From assembly GCF_009914755.1 (NCBI RefSeq), contig NC_060927.1: DNA of 64,000 nucleotides; one strand, written 5' to 3'. The notes beneath the pieces are model-generated. The model did no database searches. It was not told the origin of the DNA and was given only the letters and a program-made list of their open reading frames with translations. Positions 17,218 through 28,445 of this stretch are shown here, piece after piece. Position 1 is the stretch's first letter. Each line of letters opens with the position of its first letter. Source of the DNA: the human T2T-CHM13v2.0 reference genome, Homo sapiens. Made by a program: the position numbers and the translations under genes.

Positions 17218-18307
17218 TGAGAGGTGACAACATGCTGGCGGCCCTAGCTCGCTCTCAGCGCCTCCTTGGCCTTGGCGTCCACTCTGGCCATGCTCGGGGA
17301 GCCCTTCAGTCTGCCACTGCACTGTGGGGTGGCCAAGGCCGGAGCTGACTCCCTCAGCTTGCGTGGAGGTGTGGAGGGAGAGGTGCGGGCGGGAACTGGG
17401 GCTGCGCGTGGCAATTGCGGGCCAGCACAAGTTCCAGGTGGGTGTGGGCTCGGCGGGCCCACACTGGGAGCAGCCAGCCAGCACCACCGGCCCTGGATAG
17501 TGAGGGGCTTAGCATCTGGGCCAGCAGCTGCGGAGGGTGTGCCGGGTCCCCCAGCAGCACTGGCCTGCTGGCACTGTGCTTGAATTCTCACCGGGCCTCA
17601 GCTGCCTCCCCGCAGGGCAGGGCTCGGGACCTGCAGCCCGCCATGCCCGAGCCTCCCCTCCCTCCCCTCCCTCCCCTCCACCACGCCCGACTCCCCCACT
17701 CCTCGCCCCTCCTCCCCCCTAGACTTTTGTGTCTAGCTCAGGGATTGTAAACGTACCAATCAGCACCCTGTCAAAACAGACCAATCAGCTCTCTGTAAAA
17801 TGGACCAATCAGCAGGATGTGGGTGGGGCCAGATAAGGGAATAAAAGCAGGCTGCCTGAGCCAGCAGTGGCAACCCGCTCTGGGTCCCCTTCCACACTGT
17901 GGAAGCATTGTTCTTTCACTCTTTGCAATAAATCTTGCTGCTGCTCACTCTTTGGGTCTGCACTGCCATTATGAGCGTAACACTCACTGCAAAGGTCTGC
18001 AGCTTCACTCCTGAGGCCAGCGAGACCATGAACCCACCGGGAGGAAAGAACAACTCTGGACAGGAGGAACGAACAACTCCAGACGCACCACCTTAATATC
18101 TGTAGCACTCACCGTGAAGGTCTGCAGCTTCACTCCTGAAGCCAGAGAGACCACAAACCCACCAGAAGGAAGAAACTCTGAACATGTCCAAACATCAGAA
18201 GGAACAAACTCCGGACATATCACCTTTAAGAACTGTAACACTCACCGCGAGGGTCCGCGACTTCATTCTTGAAGTCGGTGAGACCAAGAACCCCAATTCT
18301 GGCCATA
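17218..18307 (+). mobile_element. LTR12 (LTR12C/D-like) 5' LTR of HERV9, internally deleted
   Basis: Starts tgagaggtgacaac; GC-rich U3; CCAAT boxes; U5 repeats cactcacc..aaggtctgcagcttcactcctga; ends ccaattctggccata. Confidence 0.93.
17750..17935 (+). promoter_or_regulatory. ERV9 LTR core promoter and poly(A) signal
   Basis: CCAAT at about 17756, 17781 and 17805; GT/GC box gggtggggc; AGATAA at 17831; TATA-like AATAAA at 17840; AATAAA at 17927. Confidence 0.7.
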
Positions 18308-18310
18308 TTT

Positions 18311-18328
18311 TGGTGACCATGAAGGGAC
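18311..18328 (+). other. Primer-binding site, tRNA-Arg type
   Basis: tggtgaccatgaagggac 3 nt after the LTR end; a CpG-decayed form of TGGCGACCACGAAGGGAC. Confidence 0.85.
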
Positions 18329-19478
18329 TATCGCCTATCGCCAAGCGGTGAGATCATTGCCTATTGCTGAGCAGTGAGACTGTCGCCTATCACCAAGCAG
18401 TGAGTACCATCAGACCCCTTTCACTTGCTATTCTGTCCTATTTTTCCTTAGAATTTGGGGGCTAAATACCAGGCACCTGTCGGCCAGTTAAAAGTGACTA
18501 GCATGGCCGCCGGACTAAAGACACGGGTGTCAGGCTTTCTGGGAAAGGGCTCTCTAACAACCCCCAACTCTTCAGAGTTGGGAGTGTTGGTTTGCCTAGA
18601 ACCAGCTTCCGCTTTTCCTGTACTTCTGGGCTGAGCCGAGGGTCGACAGCGAGGAAAGCCATGCGGCTCCAGGGTCCCGACAACAAGTTGGTTGACCCTG
18701 CAGCCATTAGCGGAACTCTCAAAGGCATGTTGCCCAAGTCCTAATGCTTGCCAGACAAACTTCATCTCACCTCTTTTCTCCAAGGTTAGTCCCGCTTCTA
18801 AAAATCACTACCTGTCTCTGGTGCTTTTCTAGTTTCTAAGAATGACTTCTAGTATAAACTCTGTTACCTTCTTTAGGCACCCGGGCTCACCAATCAGAAA
18901 GACATAATTTTTGCCCAAAGCCCCATCGTAGGGGGGACTACCTGGAATTTTAGGATCCCTCCTCAGACTAACAGGCCTAACAAAAGCTATTCCTGAAGCT
19001 AGGATATGGGGAGCTTCAGAAATTGTATCCTTCCTATTCATATAAGTGAGGACAAAGGGTGTCACTCTTCCAACTCTGGAGATCCCTTCCCTCTCTCAAG
19101 ATATGGCCCTCCACTTCATTTTTGGGGCATAACATCTTTATAGGACAGGGGTAAAGTCCCAGTACTAACAGGTGAATGCTTAGGACTATTAACAGATTTT
19201 TGAGAATGCATCAGTAAGGGCCACTAAATCCGATTTTTCTCGGTCCTCCTTGTGGTCTAGGAGGACAGGAAAGGGTGCAGGTTTTTGAGAATGCGTCGGT
19301 AAGGGCCACTAAATCTGACCTTCCTCGGCCCTCCATGTAGTCTGGGAGGAAAGCTAGTGTTTCTGCTGCTGTGTCGGTGAGTGCAACTATTCCGATCAGC
19401 AGGGTCCAGGGACTGTTGCGGGTTCTTGGGCAGGGGGAGAGACAAAACAAACCAAAACCACAGGCAGTTTTGTATTTG

Positions 19479-20948
19479 ATGGGAAAAACTCAGGCATCAA
19501 CAGGGTCACCCTTGAAATGCATCATAAACCACTGGGACCAATTTGACCCACAAACCCTGAAAAAGAGGCAGCTCATTTTTTTCTGCACTACAGCTTGGCT
19601 CCAATATTTTCTCTCTGATGGGGAAAAATGGCCACCTGAGGGAAGTACAAATTATAATACTCTCCTACAGCTTGACCTTTTCTGTAAGAGAGGAGGCAAA
19701 TGGAAGGAAATACCTTATGTCCAAGCTTTCTTTTCACTGAGGGAGAATAAACAACTATGCAACGCTTACAATTTACATCCCACAGGAAGACCTCTCAGCT
19801 TACCCCCATATATCCTAGCCTCCCTATAGCTCCCCTTCCTATTAATGATAATCCTCCTCTAATCTCCCCTGCCCAGAAGGAAATAAGCAAAGAAATCTCC
19901 AAAGGACCACAAAACCCCCCGGGCTATCAGTTATGTCCCCTTCAAGCTATAGGGGGAGGGGAATTTGGACCAACCCAGGTACATGTCCCCTTCTCCCTCT
20001 CTGATTTAAGGCAGATCAAGGCACACCTGGGGAAGTTTTCAGATGATCCTGATAGGTACATAGATGTCCTACAGGGTCTAGGGCAAACCTTCGACCTCAC
20101 TTGGAGAGATGTCATGCTACTGTTAGATCAAACCCTGGCCTTTAATGAAAAGAATGTGGCTTTAGCTGCAGCCCAAGAGTTTGGAAATACCTGGTATCTT
20201 AGTCAAGTAAATGATAGAATGACAGCTGAAGAAAGGGACAAATTCCCTAGTGGTCAGCAAGCCATCCCCAGTATGGATCCCCACTGGGACTTTGACTCAG
20301 ATCATGGGGACTGGAGTCATAAACATCTATTGACCTGTGTTCTAGAAGGACTAAGGAGAATTAGAAAAAAAGCCCATGAATTATTCAATGATGTCCACCA
20401 TAATTCAGGGAAAGGAAGAAAATCCTTCTGCCTTCCTCGAGCGGCTATGGGAGGTCTTAAGAAAATATACTCCACTGTCACCCGAATCACTCAAGGGTCA
20501 ATTGATTCTAAAAGATAAGTTTATTACCCAATCAGCCACAGCTGCAGATATTAGGAGAAAGCTCCAAAAGCAAGCCCTGGGCCCTGAACAAAATCTAGAG
20601 GTATTGTTAAACCTGGCAACCTTGGTGTTCTATAATAGGGACCAAGAGGAACAGGCCCAAAAGAAAAAGCAAGATCAGAGAAAGGCCACAGCCTCAGTCA
20701 TGGCCCTCAGACAAACAAACCTTGGTGGTTCAGAGAGGACAGAAAATGGAGCAGGCCAATCACCTGGTAGGGCTTGTTTTCAGTGTGGTTTACTAGGACA
20801 CTTTAAAAAAGATCATCCAATGAGAGAAAAATTGCCCCCTCGTCCATGTCCACTATGCCGAGGCAATCACTGGAAGGTGTACTTCCCCAGAGGATGAAGG
20901 TTCCCTGGGTCAGAAGCCCCCAACCAGATGATCCAATAACAGGACTGA
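19479..20948 (+). pseudogene. gag: HERV9 gag remnant
   Basis: MGKTQAS...WPPEGS (MA); QGKEENPSAFLERL (major homology region); CFQCGLLGHFKKDH (broken knuckle); split over three ORFs by frameshifts and stops. Confidence 0.9.
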
Positions 20949-22304
20949 GGGTGCCCGGGGCAAGCGCCAGCTCATGTCATCACCCTCATTGAGCCCCGGG
21001 TACATTTAACCATTGAGGGCCAGGAAATTGACTTCCTCCTGGACACAGGTGTGGCCTTCTCAGTGTTAATCTCCTGTCCCGGACGACTGTCCTCAAGGTC
21101 CGTTACCATCCGAGGAATCCTGGGACAACCTGTAACCAGGTATTTCTCCCACCTCCACAGTTGTAATTGGGAGACTTTGCTCTTTTCACATGTCTTTCTT
21201 ATTATGCCTGAAAGTCCAACACCCTTATTAGGGAGGGATATATTAGCCAAGGCTGGAGCTATTATCTACATGAATATGGGGAACAAGTTACCCATTTGTT
21301 GTCCCCTACTTGAGGAGGGAATCAACCCTGAAGTCTGGGCATTGGAAGGGCAATTTGGAAGGGCAAAAAAATGCCTGCCCAGTCCAAATCAGGTTAAAAG
21401 ATCCCACCACTTTTCCATATCAAAGGCAATATCCCTTAAGTCCTGAAGCTCATAAAGGATTACAGAATATTGTTAAACATTTAAAAGCTCAAGGCTTAGT
21501 AAGGAAATGCAGCAGTTCCTGCAACACCCCAATTCTAGGAGTACAAAAACCGAATAGTCAGTGGAGACTAGCGCAAGATCTTAGACTCATCAATAAGACA
21601 GTAATTCCTTTATATCCAGTTGTACCCAACCCCTATACCCTGCTCTCTCAAATACCAGAGGAAGCAGAATGGTTCATGATTCTGCACCTCAAGGATGCCT
21701 TCTTCTGTATTCCCCTGCACTCTGACTCCCAGTTCCTCTTTGCTTTTGAGGATCCCACAGACCACACGTCCCAACTTACATGGACGGTCTTGCCCCAAGG
21801 GTTTAGGGATAGCCCTCATCTGTTTGGTCAGGCACTGGCCCAAGATCTAGGCCACTTCTCAAGTCCAGGCACTCTGGTCCTTCAATATGTGGATGATTTA
21901 CTTTTGGCTACCAGTTCTGAAGCCTCATGCCAGCAGGCTACTGTAGATCTCTTGAACTTTCTAGCTAATCAAGGGTATAAGGTGTCTAGGTCGAAGGCCC
22001 AGCTTAGCCTACAGCAGGTCAAATATCTAGGCCTAATCTTAGCCAGAGGGACCAGGGCCCTCAGCAAGGAATGAATACAGCCTATACTGGCTTATCCTCG
22101 CCCTAAAACAATAAAACAGTTGCGGGGGTTCATTGGAATTACTGGCTTTTGCCAACTATGGATCCCCGGATACAGTGAGATAGCCAGGCCCCTCTATACT
22201 CTAATCAAGGAAACCCAGAGGGCAAATACTCATCTAGTAGAATGGGAACCAGTGGCAGAAACAGCCTTCAAAACCTTAAAGCAGGCCCTAGTACAAGCTC
22301 CAGC
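20949..22304 (+). pseudogene. pol: HERV9 pro-pol remnant (protease and RT), truncated before RNase H
   Basis: FLLDTG protease motif near 21035; LPQGFRDSP and YVDD (21886-21897); frameshift near 21370 and stop at 22072. Confidence 0.92.
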
Positions 22305-22357
22305 TACAACACTCACCGGGAAGGTCCACAGCTTCACTCCTGAGGCCAGCAAGACCA
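22305..22357 (+). mobile_element. Short LTR12 U5-repeat fragment fused to pol
   Basis: aacactcaccgggaaggtccacagcttcactcctgaggccagcaagacca matches 17979-18028 of the 5' LTR. Confidence 0.85.
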
Positions 22358-22925
22358 GTCTTTTAGAAAAAGTATAATTTGGAATAATTTGTTCTTATTT
22401 AATTTATGGTGGCTTCATCGAGTGTCATTTCCTTTGCTAAATTAAATAATTTGCTCTAAAATTTTACCTAGAGTTGTTCTTAGACTCACCAGGTATATTT
22501 TGTGGCATATACTTTTTCTTCCTCTTTGAAAACTGGAACAAGATTAGTCTGGTTTTTGTTTGTTTGTTTGGTAGCTTAGCTGGGCTTCATGGTTATTGGC
22601 AGCTGCTCAACAATGTCATCTGCAAATTCCCTCAGCTACTGGGATGTAATGAATCTGAAACAGGAGACTTGAACTAATTACAAGTTGATTGGTGATATCT
22701 GAAGATGTCTTCATCTGTTTTGACCTTCATCTCTCTCTTACTAATGTTTCTTCCCAGATTTCTAGCATAAGAATGATTTTATTTGGCAGACAGTATGAAA
22801 AAAGTAAAGAATTGAACAGTTTATTATTCACTGTTATACGTTCTCATTATACTTTCCTACTTCCAAGCAAGCTCTTTCTTGTTCTTCATCTGAATGTACC
22901 TATTCATTTTATGTACTTTATATGA

Positions 22926-23241
<316 letters not shown>

Positions 23242-23826
23242 ACTTTAATAGTTTTTTAAGCCTAAAATTTCTCTGGCTTATCTTACATGTCTGGTGCCTA
23301 TATTAACCTAAGTTTCATGTTTGATTAGTGGCCGAGCTCATTATATAACTACTTGTGCACTCATTTCAGATTCAATATGGACCCTTTCCTTTTCTCTAGA
23401 TTGGAAGCATTTCAGCCTATGTAAATGAAATTAAATTTTCACGTGGCTATCAACCTTCTCAAATCACCAATCCTTTTAGAGTCTCAGACTATGTTATTAT
23501 ACCTACTTATTTTCTGAACTTGTGAAATTTGCCATCCTGAAAATTAGATTTTACTTTGGACTTGACTGACACCTTATTAGTATATCCTGGAACTGCCTTT
23601 CTCAATGTCCAACCAAAATACTAAGGAAATCAGAAAAAAATAAAATGTGCTTACACACACACACACACACACACATAAAAACACACTAGAACTAACAGTC
23701 AATTGATTGATAAGTCTATTGAAAAGCAAATTCACTGACTACAATGTTGAGTGAGTTTATAGAAACAAGAAAGTAGAATGAAAGGAATTTCTCTGTACCT
23801 GACCCCATTCAAAAATGCAGTGACTA

Positions 23827-23989
23827 GGCCAGGCACAGAGGCTCATGCCTGTAATCCTGGAACTTTGGGAGGCCGAGGCAGGTGAATCAATTTAGGTCAT
23901 GAGTTCAAGACCAGCCTGGCCAACATGGTGAAACCCCATCTCTACTAAGAATACAAAAATAATTAGTCAGGCATGGTGGCATATGCCTG
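23827..23989 (+). mobile_element. Alu 5' half, truncated
   Basis: ggccaggcacagaggctcatgcctgtaatcc ... ggcatatgcctg, then non-Alu sequence. Confidence 0.88.
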
Positions 23990-25378
23990 ATACAAAGCCA
24001 AATATATCACAGAGAAAGAAAACAAATATCCTTCATGAACTTAGATACAAAGTTCTTTAATAACCTACTAAGTCAATTCAACAACATATAAAACTTATAA
24101 AAAAATTATATATACCATGACCCAGTTGGATTTATTTCAGAAATGCAAGATTGTCTTTATATTTGAAAATCAGTTAGTGTAGTATATACATCATAATAAT
24201 AGAATGAAGGACAAAAATACATCACCTCAAAGATGCAGAAAAAGCATTTGATAAAACCCAACATTTATAATAAAAATTCTCAGCAAACTAGAAGAAACTT
24301 CATTCTGATAAAGGGCATCTACCAACAATTTAACAAAAGTACAATAATTGTACATTGCATTTTATAAACCATTCTTGAAATAAATTAAAAATTTAAAATA
24401 GACTGCCTGTGATCATGGATTGGAGAACTCAATATTGTTAAGATGACAATTTTCCTCAAATTAATCTGTAGATTTAACACAATCTTTATCAAAATCCCAG
24501 CAGGCTTTTGTGTAGAAATTGACAGGTTTCTCCTAAAATTTGTAAAGAAATGCAAAAGATCTAGAATAAACAAAATAATTTTGAAAAAGGAAGAACAAAT
24601 TTAGAAAATTTTTACTACTCAATTTCAAAACATTTTGTAATACTATAATAATGGATACAGTGTGGTATTTGTGTAAAGATAGGCATACAGATAAATGGAA
24701 CAGAATTAAGAGTTTGTAATAATCACTTATGATTTTTGACAAAGGTATTAAAACAATATAAGAGTGAAAAGATAGTCTTTTCAACAGGTGGTACTGGGAC
24801 AAGTGGATATTCATATTTTAATAAATAAATTTAGATCATTACCTCACACCACACACAAAATTTAGCTCAAAATGGACCACAGACATAATGTTCCAGCTAA
24901 AACTATAAAACTTCTAGAATAAAAGGAGAAAGTTCTCGTGTTCTTGGTGTGGGCAAAGAGTTCTTAGACATAACCATAACAGCTAGGGCCATAAAAAAAG
25001 CATGATAAATTTAACCTCATTAAAATTAAAAACTTTTGTACTTCAAAAGACACTATTAATAAAAAGACAAGTCGCAAACTGGACAAGAAATTGCATATTA
25101 TATGTCTAGTAAAGGTCTTCTATCCAGAATAGAAAAAAAAAAAAACTCTTACAACTCGATCACAAAAACCAAAATAACCCAATTAAAAAGAGACAGAAAA
25201 CACTCACAGAGAAAAAAAAGTAACCTGATGAAAAAATAGGCAAAGGACATGATTACACATTTTTCCAGAGAAGATATTCAAATGGCTAATAAGCACATGA
25301 AAAGATGCTTGACATCATTAACCAACAGAAAAGTTGAAATTAAAAGCACAATATGATATCAGTGCACATCCCCTAGAA
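23990..25378 (+). mobile_element. Old L1M ORF2 remnant with internal deletions
   Basis: gatgcagaaaaagcatttgataaaa; tcatggattggagaactcaatattgttaagatg; aagcacatgaaaagatgct. Confidence 0.85.
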
Positions 25379-26741
25379 TCTCTCTTGAGAAGATTATAGT
25401 CTGGTTGGAAAAGACAGACACATAAATACTATCTGTTACAGTTACTACCAGGGAAATCTAAATAGGGTTTAGTTAGACATAAAAAGGCCATGGATGAAAA
25501 ACTGTAGCAATAGACAGGCTGGATACCCCTCACTAGACTATGATGTTTCTATGATGTTTTGACTCCCAGCTTTTCAAAGTCTCTTCCCCTAACAATGGCC
25601 CTGTTAATAATTTGCAAAGGACCTCACTTCACGTTTCTTTATTGCCTTTGAATAAAGTTTCTTCAAACTTTTATCTCTTGGGGGTCTACTTTAGATCTTT
25701 TTATTGCTTTGAATCCATCCATCCATCCATTCACTTATTGATTCATTCAATCATTCATTTAGTCTTATAATCAGTAAATGTTTATTGAGCATCTTTTATC
25801 ACCAGCACTGTTCTAGGCACTTGGAATTCAAAAGTGTGAAAAAAAAATAGTGAAACATGATTGCCCTAATAGTGCTTAACTTATCAGTACAAGAAGGTTT
25901 GAATTCTTTTTCTATGGGAAGAAGTGCACATGGTTTTTCTTGCATTTGTGCCCATCATTATTTCTCTTTCACCTATTCTTTGTTACACTCTAAAATTTAT
26001 GTCTGTTAACCTTGATGTTAAATTCATCATGCCAATACTTCATAATATTTGATTATTTAGTTTAGTTTTCCTCATTTTCTCCACCAAATCTATGAAATTT
26101 TTCCCAGATGGCTGAAGTGTGTCTCTCAAACTCCAAATTCCCTGTTATCACCTTTTTCATAAATAAGGAATCAAAGCTTGCACTGAGCACTAACCAGAGT
26201 TTGTCATCTCGGCAGGAAGACAAATATAGCTGCTTCACTGCAGGTGACAGGGACAAGACTCCTGAATCCACGCCTAATGTTGCTGCTTAAAGACTCTCCT
26301 TTCTATTGACCTTGGCACTCTTTGGCCCTATTCTTGACATCTCTCACTTCTCTGAGTGAGCTTATGGGGGCTCAGTCTGATTAAATCAACCCACAGGCAT
26401 CTGTAATTACCAGTCGTTACCACCACTGGATAATGTAACCCAGCAACTGTCAGAATGCTTAAAATGTTTAAAATAGAAGAAATGAAGACACAAAAATTAT
26501 CCTGTACCATTTATTGTATTATTTCACAACAGATCTGATTTTTAAAAATTTTAGAAGTTGGTTCTCTTTTTGAGGTTAATAAATTTCATTAATTTATCAA
26601 AGGAAAGTTTAAGTAACTGTAGGAAAACATAATAAATAATTGTTCTTATTTTAGTATGTATATTATGGCATTTTCTGCTTTTGTCTCTATTTTTATACAT
26701 GAATATTAACCTGTACCTGAAGGTCTTAGAAGTAGATGAAG

Positions 26742-27125
26742 GACTGGGCACAGTCGCTCACACCTGTAATCCCATCACTTTGGGAGGCCAAAGTGAGAGG
26801 ATCCCTTGAGCCTGGGAGTTTGAGACCAGCCTGGCAACATAGGGAGACCTCATCTCTATTTAAAAGAAAAAAATTACCTAGATCTGTGGCACGTGCCTGT
26901 GGTCCCAGCTACTCAGGAGACTGAAGCGAGATAATTGCTTGAGCCTGGGAGGTCGAGGCTGCAGTGAGCTATAATTGTTCCACTTCGGAGAGGAGGACAA
27001 GAACAGAGCCTGAAGAAGTGAAATAAATATGGGTGTGGCTACATGAAAAAAAAAAAATTGTTCCACTTCACTCCAGCCTGGGTGAAAGAACAAGACCCTG
27101 TCTCAAAAAAGAAAAGAAAAGAAAA
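26742..27125 (+). mobile_element. AluJ-like element carrying a nested insertion
   Basis: Alu arms and A-rich tail; its own TSD tagatgaagg at 26733-26742 and 27126-27135. Confidence 0.9.
26987..27055 (+). pseudogene. 59-nt retroposed 3' end of an unidentified polyadenylated RNA
   Basis: Non-Alu insert with AATAAA (27022-27027) and an A-tail from 27046; perfect TSD aattgttccacttc at 26973-26986 and 27056-27069. Confidence 0.85.
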
Positions 27126-28319
27126 TAGATGAAGGGACAAATATTTACTAACTCCCTATATTAATTAATGATAGGATGTAACTCTATCCTCATAATGATA
27201 CTAAAATGTAGATATTATTGTTCATGTTCTTTGGAAGAAACAATGCAAGCTCAAATGTGATCATAACTTTATTCAAGATTATAGAATTATTAAGCAGGGA
27301 AGGAAGGCTTCATTCTCATATCTCTTTGACAGCAACAAACCTCCATCATAGTCCCATTGTGCCATCCCATATTTAAGCTTAAGAAGTAATGCTTACAATT
27401 AGAAGAGCCCCTCAATTTACATTAAAAGTGAACTGAGCATAGTAAGTATGGCTACATTTTAGTTCTAAATTCATCCTTGGTAAAATCTCATCATTGGAAG
27501 AAGTTGAAGAAAGATGAGATTCATAAGTTTTGGGGTTCAGAAGCAATGAATAATTTTTCTCCTGCCTCATTACTCAATTTAACACATGTACAAATGCTTT
27601 TAGGTACAATGAAAATACGTCTTATAGACTGCCACTTTGGGAGAAACATTCACTTTACATTTTGAGTGAGAGAACTAGATTTAAAATTCTCTTCACTACA
27701 TTTTCAGAGACTCCTACAATTTTTAAAACTCTTCATTTCCTTAAGTCATTGTGTGTGCTATAATTTCAACAGTGTCTCCCTGGCTTTTGCCATCAGTGAA
27801 ACAAACAGTCTTTCAAGAAACTGACCAACAAAACAAAAAATTACTGGTCATAATATTTTTGTTCATTTTTTTCCAACAAATATTTCATTTATGCTTATTG
27901 TTAGTTGCCTCCTTTAAATCTAGCTGAAAGGAGGGCAGATGATCTTGTTTATTTTGATGAAAATGCATCTGTAACTTAAAATATGACCATTAATGAATGG
28001 TCATATTTGGTTGGATTTTGGTCTTAGAATGCAAAGAAATACACTGGCCTTAATACTGTTGGAAAATGTCAAAATATACCTAAAAGCAAACAAGATGCCA
28101 TTGCAGGCCTTCTCTACAGCCAGGTAAGGACAGGACTAAGCCTGCATATTGCCTCCAGGGAGCTTCCCTCCACACCTGCCCAAATAAAGCTGCAGAGCTT
28201 CAGTGTGAAAGTCTGAAACAAAGCTGAATCTTCAGCAGCACTGACTGTGGCCTGTGGGGACAGAAGGCCTAATCACTTCTAATCACTTCCCCCCACCCTC
28301 CCCCCCCACCCCCCCCATC

Positions 28320-28445
28320 TTCTTTTTTAGAGGCAGGGTCTTTCTACTTTGCCCTGCCTGGTCTCCATTTCTTGGTCCCAAAAGGATCCTCCCACCTCAG
28401 CTTTCTAAGTAGCTGAGACTACAGGCGCAGGCCATGGCTCCCAGC
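28320..28445 (-). mobile_element. Decayed Alu monomer (FLAM-like)
   Basis: tttagaggcagggtct...gatcctcccacctcagc...gactacaggcg. Confidence 0.7.

Noticed and set aside
17107-17750. Many overlapping GC-rich ORFs and a CpG-island-like region
   Set aside because: Explained by the GC-rich U3 of LTR12, which has few stop codons.
17960-18260. Regularly spaced repeats resembling a CRISPR-like array
   Set aside because: These are the known U5 tandem repeats of LTR12, with similar rather than unique spacers, in eukaryotic DNA with no cas genes.
23827-23989. Alu 5' half as the inverted missing part of the Alu split at 17217
   Set aside because: Diagnostics disagree (AluSx-type gagttcaagaccagcc versus Y/Sc-type caagctcc), and about 35 nt of consensus would be unaccounted for.
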